From the NCBI GenBank assembly GCA_043819555.1, contig JBDREQ010000027.1, positions 1-64,000 of the forward strand: DNA of 64,000 bases. The letters run 5' to 3'. A program made the translations under genes and the position numbers. Origin of the DNA: Candidatus Zixiibacteriota bacterium (lineage in GTDB: Bacteria > Zixibacteria > MSB-5A5 > GN15 > JAAZOE01). The stretch's first letter is position 1. Each line of letters opens with the position of its first letter. The notes under the pieces are model-generated. The model ran no database searches. It saw nothing but the letters and a program-made list of their open reading frames with translations, and was not told where the DNA came from. Below are positions 56,752 to 64,000 of this stretch, piece after piece.

Positions 56752-57492
56752 ATGCGATACGCACAGGTAAATGGGATTTGTTTCGATCTTGGCTACACTT
56801 TGATTGATTACAAAACCAATGATTGGCAGCAGATTGATCTTAAAAGTAATAAACGGGGATATGATCATCTCAAAAACGCCGGCTATGAGTTGCCTGATTT
56901 TGGCGAGTTTCATAACCGTCTTGAAAGTTTGAAAAAGAGCATCCGGCCGGATGAAAAATGGAAAATGGAAGAATGGAAGGCGACCGACGCTCCCCAAAAG
57001 TTATTTGCTGAATTGGGAGTTGCCAATCCTTTCGAAATCAGCGAGAGGTTTGTTGAGAACGCCTATTCCGCGACACGACCCTATATGAAACTAAAAAGTG
57101 GAATAATTGAGACTTTAAACACGCTCAAACAACATGGATATAAACTGGGTCTGATTTCTAATACTCTGTTTTCCGCGGAGTTATTGAATGAGGATTTGAA
57201 GTTGCTGGGTTTGGAAAGTTATTTCGACGCAACGATCTACTCCACTGATGTAGGCTTTCGAAAACCGCATCCGCGGATATTCTTTTATGCGGCCGATAAG
57301 ATGGGATTGGCGCCGGATGAAATAATCTATGTTGGCGATCGTTATCGCGTTGATATGCTGGGGGCGCGTTATTCCGGAATGCACCCGATTTTGTTTTATC
57401 GGAAGGATTTGGATTATCCGGAGAATATGCCTCGAAATATTCCAGTAATAAACGAAATGCCCGAATTAACTGAAATTCTGAGAATAAACTGA
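56752..57492 (+). CDS. HAD-superfamily hydrolase
   Basis: FDLGYTL, LISN, RKPHPRIF, YVGDRYRVD..GA. Confidence 0.9.
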   Translation: MRYAQVNGICFDLGYTLIDYKTNDWQQIDLKSNKRGYDHLKNAGYELPDFGEFHNRLESLKKSIRPDEKWKMEEWKATDAPQKLFAELGVANPFEISERFVENAYSATRPYMKLKSGIIETLNTLKQHGYKLGLISNTLFSAELLNEDLKLLGLESYFDATIYSTDVGFRKPHPRIFFYAADKMGLAPDEIIYVGDRYRVDMLGARYSGMHPILFYRKDLDYPENMPRNIPVINEMPELTEILRIN

Positions 57493-57594
57493 TAAAAATA
57501 GACTTGCCGGATCAAATGATTTGGTCTGGAAGAAAAATTAAATGGATTTATTTCAAACAGATGTTGGCGACATCTAAACAAGCCGGGAGGTTTT

Positions 57595-59343
57595 ATGAGG
57601 TACAGAGCACTAACATTATGGGCAGTTTTGGCAATATTAATAGCCGCGGGGGTGGCAGCGCAGGAAAGTCCATGGCCGAAATTTCGTCATGATAAAAAAA
57701 ATACCGGACGTACGCCTTACACCGGGCCTTCTACGCCCGATGTGGTCTGGACTTTTCATGCCAATGACGGGATTGTTTCCTCGCCCATAATAGGTTATGA
57801 CGGTACGATTTATGTCGGAGCGGGGTGGCTATGGTCAAGCTCATCCGACTCAAGTCTGTATGCTCTCACGCCGGACGGCAATGTAAAATGGAATTTTAAG
57901 GGGCAGGCGGGATTTTTCTCAACGCCTATACTGGGAGCCAATGGAACCTTATATATTACCTGCCTTGACGGATATATGTACGCAATAGAGGATTCTGTTA
58001 CTTATGGTAAGCAAATATGGCGCACATATTTGGATTATCCGTTTAGTCTCAGCTCTCCTACGACTAGTGCCGATGGTTCAATAGTATATGCTGGATCTCC
58101 GAGCTTTAATTTCTTTGCCATTGATGCTGAAAGCGGCATTATTAACTGGAGCTACAAGACCGGGTGGTGCATTATATCATCTGCGGCTCTGAGAGACGAC
58201 GGTTCAATAGTTGTAGGTTCAAAAGACCATAATCTTCGGGCATATAGTAATGCCCTCGAAGGACCCATCTGGGCTTTTCCGACCGGTACGTTTTATGATG
58301 GGCATTTAGTCGATTGTTCTCCGGCAATCGCCGACGATGGCACTATTTATGTCGGTTCAGATCCCTATGGAGCCGCTGGCAAGCAGGCTTTTGAAAAACC
58401 TACCGGTACAAGTTTTTGGGCCGTTAACCCTGATGGTTCTTTCAAATGGATGTTTGAAACTCTAGATGGTGTCGAATCGTCTCCGGCAATCGGGCCGGAT
58501 GGAACGATTTATTTTGGTTCTTATGATAGCTGCCTGTATGCCGTGACAGATATGGGCAACGAGGGCGTTCAAAAGTGGAAATTCAAAACCGATGGAAGAG
58601 TTGATGGGTCGCCTACAGTTGGCGGAGATGGTGTCATATACTTTGGTTCGCGTGATTCCACTCTCTACGCGCTATATCCTGACGGTTCGGTAAAATGGAC
58701 TTTTCCTCTTGACGACGGAACGGAATGTTCACCGACTCTTGACGATAAAGGAAATCTCTATATTGGTACATTTGGCGGAACTTTGTATATGTTGGGAACC
58801 GATTTACCCGATGTTGGTGTGACATCGATAGGCTTGCCCGATGAGGTGCAGACTAATACTTCCTACGTTCCTTCGGCCAGCGTTCATAATTTCAGGCGTG
58901 ATGGTCAGACCTTTGTTGTCACTTGTACAATTGAAGCAAATGAAATTGAGGTTTATTCGGATACCAGGACGCTTAATAATTTTAGTGGTATCACCAATAC
59001 CAATTTTAGTAAATGGTCGGTTGGGCCCGATTTGGGAGTTGAATATACAGTTACAGTCACAACCGTTTTGGCTGAGGATGAAAATATGGAAAATAACCAA
59101 CAGGTGTTCAGCCTGTTATCTTCAAACTTGCAATACGTTTGTGGCGATGCCAATGGTGATGGATCGTCAAATGTGGGAGATGCCGTTTATCTTATTAATC
59201 ATGTATTTAAAGGCGGCTCGGCGCCTAATCCGGTAGAGGCCGGGGATGCCAATTGTGATGGGGCTATTAATGTCGGCGATGCGGTATATATCATCAATTT
59301 CGTCTTTAAGGGCGGAGCCGGTCCTTGCGCGTCCTGCTCCTGA
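57595..59343 (+). CDS. Secreted PQQ-like beta-propeller protein with CARDB-like domain and C-terminal dockerin
   Basis: Signal peptide; WPKFRHD..NTG; repeated SSPAIG.DGTIY.GS...LYA..PDG..KW; CGDANGDG..NVGDAVYLIN dockerin. Confidence 0.9.
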   Translation: MRYRALTLWAVLAILIAAGVAAQESPWPKFRHDKKNTGRTPYTGPSTPDVVWTFHANDGIVSSPIIGYDGTIYVGAGWLWSSSSDSSLYALTPDGNVKWNFKGQAGFFSTPILGANGTLYITCLDGYMYAIEDSVTYGKQIWRTYLDYPFSLSSPTTSADGSIVYAGSPSFNFFAIDAESGIINWSYKTGWCIISSAALRDDGSIVVGSKDHNLRAYSNALEGPIWAFPTGTFYDGHLVDCSPAIADDGTIYVGSDPYGAAGKQAFEKPTGTSFWAVNPDGSFKWMFETLDGVESSPAIGPDGTIYFGSYDSCLYAVTDMGNEGVQKWKFKTDGRVDGSPTVGGDGVIYFGSRDSTLYALYPDGSVKWTFPLDDGTECSPTLDDKGNLYIGTFGGTLYMLGTDLPDVGVTSIGLPDEVQTNTSYVPSASVHNFRRDGQTFVVTCTIEANEIEVYSDTRTLNNFSGITNTNFSKWSVGPDLGVEYTVTVTTVLAEDENMENNQQVFSLLSSNLQYVCGDANGDGSSNVGDAVYLINHVFKGGSAPNPVEAGDANCDGAINVGDAVYIINFVFKGGAGPCASCS

Positions 59344-59368
59344 TAAATAATTACTTAACTCTTCTTTG

Positions 59369-59391
59369 AAACCCCGTGTCACACGGGGTTT
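59369..59391 (+). terminator. Intrinsic terminator
   Basis: AAACCCCGTG-TCA-CACGGGGTTT followed by a T-rich tract. Confidence 0.85.
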
Positions 59392-59536
59392 TTATTTTTG
59401 GTTGAATTATTCAATACCATATTGTAATAATGTGAATGCTAAAGAACTTGGTTGCCACGGTCGAATTTAGTATTAGGAATGAATTCTTGCGCAATCATCC
59501 GGATTAATCTCTTACCTGCTTTTTGGGAGGTTTATC

Positions 59537-61114
59537 ATGATATTCGGTAAAAACAGACATAGGATTCTTGCACCGGTTTTTTTGGTCTTTTGGGGTATCG
59601 TTTTGCTGACCGGTCCGGCATATTCCCTGGAGCTTGAACAATATAACAGGCTGACGGCGCTGATGGATTCGGCATTGGTTGGCGAAGTCAATATTTTTGC
59701 TCCCGATGTATGGAAGAAAGTCCAGCAATCATATGAAATGGCGAAAAATTCAGTTGATTTGCAGAAAAAACAGAAAGACGTTGACAAAAATGTTTCCAAT
59801 GCAACTGAATATGTGGAGAACGCCATCAAATCCGCAGAAGTCGGGAAGCTGACCTTGAAGGAATATTTGGAGCCTCGCAATAAAGCAATAACGGCTCAGG
59901 CGCCTATTCATGTACTGAGTCTTTACAGTAACGCAGAACAGCAGTTTCAAAAGGCGACCTTAAAAGTAGAAAAGGGAGACGTAAAGGGCGGTCTGAAAGA
60001 AGTAGAAAAATCAGTGCCTCTTTTCGATATGGCTGAATTTGAAGCGATTCGAGTCGAAGTATTAGGAAAAGCGGATAAACTCATTGCCAAAGCCTTAGCG
60101 GATGATGCCGGCAAATACGCCCTTTCCACTCTGGACAAAGCCCAGACGGCTCGGCAAAAGGCTGATGCCGTATTATCCGGCGATAGATATAATCGAAAAG
60201 AATCGGTTGAGGAAGCAACTCGAGCTGAATATGAAGCCCGCCATGCTTCAAATATTGCCTTGTCCGTTCGTTCATTGAACAGGAATGACCAGGCCTGGGA
60301 AAAACTGATGCTGATCTATGAAATTCAGATGGATAGGGTGGGGCGGGCGATGGGATTTGATTTTCTTCCCTTTGATGATGGCCCTTTAGCTGCGGCGGAA
60401 TTGATGATTGGTAAGACTGCGGAATTTGAAAATAAAATATCAACCCTCTCTGAAAACAGCGAAAATCTCTCATCTGGTGTCAGCGAACAATTAAAATCGG
60501 CGCTCATGAAACTTGGCGTTACGACAGACCAATCAGATCCAGTGGCTATGGCTCGAGCAGTAAATGATGCGATTGATGGGTTGCTCAAAGAGAAGACCGA
60601 TCTATCCGGCGAACTTGCGTCAGCCCAAAAGAATATGTCGGAGCTGGAATCAAGTCATGAAGAAGTAGAAGCGGCTTTAGCCGTTCGAGTTGAACAGGAA
60701 GAAAAATTTAAAAAAGCCAAAACCATGCTCAATCCCTCGGAAGGTGAGGTTTTATTTAATTCCTCAAATGACATAGTCTTGCGCCTTGGAGGATTGTCAT
60801 TTGACATCGGCCAGAGCAAAATCAAAGACGAGCACATTCCCTTACTGGAAAAAGTGAAAGAAATAATAACAATGTTTCCCGAGTCCGAGCTGGTGATTGA
60901 GGGGCATACCGATGCCTCCGGTGATCCTTCTTCAAATATGCAACTCTCTGATAAAAGAGCGTTTGCGGTCATGCAATATTTAAGGCAGAGTCTGTTAATC
61001 CCGGCGGATAAAATTATGTCTATGGGATATGGAAGCGATCGACCCATAGGGTCGAATCAAACTGAAGAAGGACGATCAAAGAATCGCCGCATTGATATTA
61101 TTATTATGCGATAA
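59537..61114 (+). CDS. Exported coiled-coil protein with C-terminal OmpA-like peptidoglycan-binding domain
   Basis: Signal peptide; Ala/Glu/Lys-rich helices; LSFDIG, IEGHTDASG, LSDKRA, GYGSDRP, NRRIDI. Confidence 0.9.
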   Translation: MIFGKNRHRILAPVFLVFWGIVLLTGPAYSLELEQYNRLTALMDSALVGEVNIFAPDVWKKVQQSYEMAKNSVDLQKKQKDVDKNVSNATEYVENAIKSAEVGKLTLKEYLEPRNKAITAQAPIHVLSLYSNAEQQFQKATLKVEKGDVKGGLKEVEKSVPLFDMAEFEAIRVEVLGKADKLIAKALADDAGKYALSTLDKAQTARQKADAVLSGDRYNRKESVEEATRAEYEARHASNIALSVRSLNRNDQAWEKLMLIYEIQMDRVGRAMGFDFLPFDDGPLAAAELMIGKTAEFENKISTLSENSENLSSGVSEQLKSALMKLGVTTDQSDPVAMARAVNDAIDGLLKEKTDLSGELASAQKNMSELESSHEEVEAALAVRVEQEEKFKKAKTMLNPSEGEVLFNSSNDIVLRLGGLSFDIGQSKIKDEHIPLLEKVKEIITMFPESELVIEGHTDASGDPSSNMQLSDKRAFAVMQYLRQSLLIPADKIMSMGYGSDRPIGSNQTEEGRSKNRRIDIIIMR

Positions 61115-61135
61115 TCATCCAATTCAGCCACGAAT

Positions 61136-61165
61136 AAAAAAGCCCCGTTTTGCAGGGGCTTTTTT
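61136..61165. terminator. Bidirectional intrinsic terminator
   Basis: AAAAAAGCCCC...GGGGCTTTTTT between convergent genes. Confidence 0.85.
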
Positions 61166-61190
61166 TATAAATCATTATATGATATAATAG

Positions 61191-62996
61191 TTATGGTTTA
61201 AACTGGAAACTTAACCACCATTCGGCAATGCGAAAATCATTTTCTATATCAGGATTCAGAAGCAGGCGAATGTTGAATTGATCGGAGACCGAAACATCGA
61301 AATTAGTAATGATTGCGGTTTCATCTTCGGTGATGTTTTCCACAGGCTGAGTATATCTTTCGCCGAAATACGTCTCCGAATCTATTATGCCATTATAGTT
61401 TTCCTCTCGAATTGTAAAATATGCGGTCGTAATGTCTGAGGTTTTCCATCCTTCCAGAATGCGATTGACACCAAAGGTAAGATTTAGAAAATCCGCGGCC
61501 TTAATTTGTAACATCACGGGAATCTGTATCGTCCAATAGGTTGACTCGTATTCCCATTCAAGAAATTTATCCTCAAACATACCGCGTTGGTACGAATATG
61601 AAGGGGTGCCATTAATTTCACTTTGAGATTCGGACCATCGTTCCGCTATGACCGGTTCATCGCTCTGTTGAATGGTTTTGCTGCGAGCGAAGTACAGACC
61701 GGCATAAACAGTATGGCTGTTTTTCAGTTTCCATTTATTGCTGATCATAGCCTGATGAGAGTATTCCTTGCGGGTGCCGTACCCGGTCCTGTCATCATGT
61801 GTCCATGAAAACCCTTCATAATAATAAGTCATAGTGTCATAAGAATATTGTGAGGCATAATATGATGTATCCCGCACCGTTAACGTATTGGTTATATCAA
61901 TGTTGGATCGACCATAGCGATAATAGGCGAAAATCTTTTTATCATGACCTATCTCTCGCTCCAGAGATATTCGACCGTACCAGGTGTCTCCGTCACGATT
62001 CCAGGTTTTATCGGTTCGGGAAGAACCTAAATTGTATCCCCACCGGGTTGAGACATCCGGATTATTCCATGAGTAATCGGATGAATCTAATGTCAGGAAA
62101 CTCTGGCCGGCATTACCGGATAAATAGCCCATTTTGGCTCCGCCGGTAAAATCATCTGAAAATTGATATCTGATCCCTCCGCTAATATCTAAATGATCAT
62201 AATCCTGGGTGCGTGATTCTTCGTCATATCGATGCCATTCATAATCGTATGAAACCCCATATTCATCATTGCGGGAATTAATATATCCGCCATCGCGGCT
62301 GTGGGTTGTTCGATTCAGGGATAATCCCAGAGCCAACTTCTCGGAGGGTGAAAAACCGGTGAATAGGGAAAATAAATGTGCCTGAGTGAGCAGTTCATCT
62401 TTTCCGAAATAGCGATCTTCAACCGGTATAATGGGGGCGTCAACCAGAGTATTTTCACCGAAGGCGTCATATCCGAATCGGTAAATATAATTCCAGGCGG
62501 GGACGGTGTAATATTTTTCCTGCTTATATATCATTTGATAAGTGCCCCCCAAAAATGGGCCGTTTTTATATCGGCCGAATGGATAAGATAGAATTCCGAA
62601 TGACATGGTTGGTTGTGGTTCGTCCCGAGTTATGTTGTACCATCGATTGTCATAATATTCAGGATAATAATAAAAGTCATAGACAGGCATGGCGTAGTAA
62701 TTATCGATAACTTTTTCTTCGGTACGGTCGCCGCGAAAATCGAGATATATCAAATAATCTTTGCCATCCAATTCAGGCAGATGGGCAGGATTGAGGTGAA
62801 GATTAAGAAATGAATCATCTATAAGCCCGACGGCGGCGTCACCAAAACGATGCAAGCCATATGGATTGAGAAAATAACTTTTGAAATAGAGGCTGGATTG
62901 CTCGAAACTCTTTTCCGTTACTCGTTCGCCCCAATACTGCCCATAGCCAAGACTGGGCAGCAAACAAAATAGAAGCAATAGCTTTTTCATAATCAC
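61191..62996 (-). CDS. Putative outer-membrane beta-barrel protein
   Basis: Signal peptide; Tyr/Trp-rich alternating strands; LNPA motif; C-terminal WWLSFQF. Confidence 0.7.
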   Translation of the reverse strand: MIMKKLLLLFCLLPSLGYGQYWGERVTEKSFEQSSLYFKSYFLNPYGLHRFGDAAVGLIDDSFLNLHLNPAHLPELDGKDYLIYLDFRGDRTEEKVIDNYYAMPVYDFYYYPEYYDNRWYNITRDEPQPTMSFGILSYPFGRYKNGPFLGGTYQMIYKQEKYYTVPAWNYIYRFGYDAFGENTLVDAPIIPVEDRYFGKDELLTQAHLFSLFTGFSPSEKLALGLSLNRTTHSRDGGYINSRNDEYGVSYDYEWHRYDEESRTQDYDHLDISGGIRYQFSDDFTGGAKMGYLSGNAGQSFLTLDSSDYSWNNPDVSTRWGYNLGSSRTDKTWNRDGDTWYGRISLEREIGHDKKIFAYYRYGRSNIDITNTLTVRDTSYYASQYSYDTMTYYYEGFSWTHDDRTGYGTRKEYSHQAMISNKWKLKNSHTVYAGLYFARSKTIQQSDEPVIAERWSESQSEINGTPSYSYQRGMFEDKFLEWEYESTYWTIQIPVMLQIKAADFLNLTFGVNRILEGWKTSDITTAYFTIREENYNGIIDSETYFGERYTQPVENITEDETAIITNFDVSVSDQFNIRLLLNPDIENDFRIAEWWLSFQFKP

Positions 62997-63637
62997 ATAA
63001 CCCCTTCATAGTAATTTACCAAATTGTTACCTCGTTGAACCCTTTACACCACAACACAGTAATTGCATTCAATTTTTATGCCGGGATATTTCCGATTTTT
63101 TGGTGATATAATTTATTGTGCGATAATCAGTTGAAAAATAAACTGTTTTGAATTTCGATAATCGGTGTACCTGAGGAAGCCAGGCGTACCACATGGGACG
63201 TCTCAAATCAAGTGAAAGAAACGACACTCACCACTTTTTGTGCCCCCTCGATGCCATTAACAATTCTATTCACACATCCACAAAACATCAAACATGGAAG
63301 TATATACCTAAGACAATAACAGGGCATCATTCTACTTGACATAATGGCAAAAGCATGTTAAACTACAAATAACCTGCCACCAATGAGTGTATTGTCTAAA
63401 GGTTAAATGGAATGGTTTAGATTGCCGGGATTTTTGTATATCGCCATGCAAGAAACATAATTAATCACGATGGGGCATTCGATAAACTGGAAAAACAATT
63501 CAACCGTAAATTGCCCTTATACCGGGTAATTCTATTCTCTTTTATATCGTTTAATAGGGATACATATCCAATTTGAGATAATTGGGGCGAATTAGATAAC
63601 GACCATGCCAATTATCGAAATGTGAAGGAGGAGTGCC

Positions 63638-64000
63638 ATGTCGTTAGTCAATGATTACTGTCGAAGACGTATTGTTGGTTGCGTTTTCCCCATTTTGTTG
63701 GTGATTTCCCTAATTTCATTTACGGGAATGGCAAAATCAGCAAATGTGGTAGATATAGGATTAACCGGCGATGGGGGTTTGGCGCCGCAAGACACCATAT
63801 ACCTGAGTGTCAATCATGAATTTCTTTTTCTGTTTGAAAATGATATTAAACTCGGGGCCATCCAGCTGAATTTCAGAATCTACTCCCCGGATAGCGCCAC
63901 ATGGCACTGGAATGATGTTGGCGGATATGGTCCAACGGGTCTTGGAACCGGCAGAGCCTGTTTGACCGTTGCCGAGGGGAGTCGAATGTATCCGCCCAAT
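63638..64000 (+). CDS. N-terminal fragment of a secreted protein (runs off the window end)
   Basis: AAGGAGGAG RBS; MSLVNDYCRRRIVGCVFPILLVISLISFTGMAKSA signal, then ...FENDIKLGAIQLNFRIYSPDSATW...; open to 64000. Confidence 0.8.
   Translation, partial: MSLVNDYCRRRIVGCVFPILLVISLISFTGMAKSANVVDIGLTGDGGLAPQDTIYLSVNHEFLFLFENDIKLGAIQLNFRIYSPDSATWHWNDVGGYGPTGLGTGRACLTVAEGSRMYPPN

Noticed and set aside
56457..56807. Short ORFs between the GYD and HAD genes
   Set aside because: No motifs, mutually overlapping, and likely the divergent promoter region
59537..61114. OmpA-domain protein as the T6SS peptidoglycan anchor (TagL-like)
   Set aside because: 28 kb from the locus in a separate transcription unit, and no link is visible
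63000..63637. Riboswitch, ncRNA or IS remnant in the long intergenic region (imperfect hairpin near 63164-63190)
   Set aside because: No recognisable conserved RNA motif, terminal inverted repeats or transposase fragment

Overview
Bacterial chromosomal window. Recurrent C-terminal dockerin tails (CGDAN...), a YPNPFNP/FlgD-Ig sorting tail, DsrMK and multiheme cytochromes suggest an FCB-related lineage such as candidate phylum Zixibacteria; this is inference only. The main feature is a ~25 kb type VI secretion locus (6059-31291). It has a PAAR/effector/adaptor operon followed by Bacteroidota-type (T6SSiii-like) tssH-B-C-D-vgrG-E-F-G-K. TssH/ClpV is split into two translationally coupled genes, and TssG begins with a PASTA-like domain. 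I recognise neither TssJLM nor TssNOPQR. Instead tssK is followed by a C-tail-anchored helical protein, a membrane-anchored TRAFAC-like GTPase and a small exported VirB10/TrbI-like protein, which together are a candidate novel membrane complex. The locus is bracketed by two parallel Ser/Thr-kinase-headed envelope operons (TPR, CsgG-like, beta-barrel, cohesin-like lipoprotein). The right half carries Rrf2-dsrMK, a two-component system apparently co-transcribed with hemE-hemN-hemH-hemG(Y), a Rieske/cytochrome b/nonaheme cytochrome c complex, and dockerin-bearing secreted proteins. No rRNA, tRNA, CRISPR array or transposase was recognised. All family assignments come from motif reading by eye, not from database searches.
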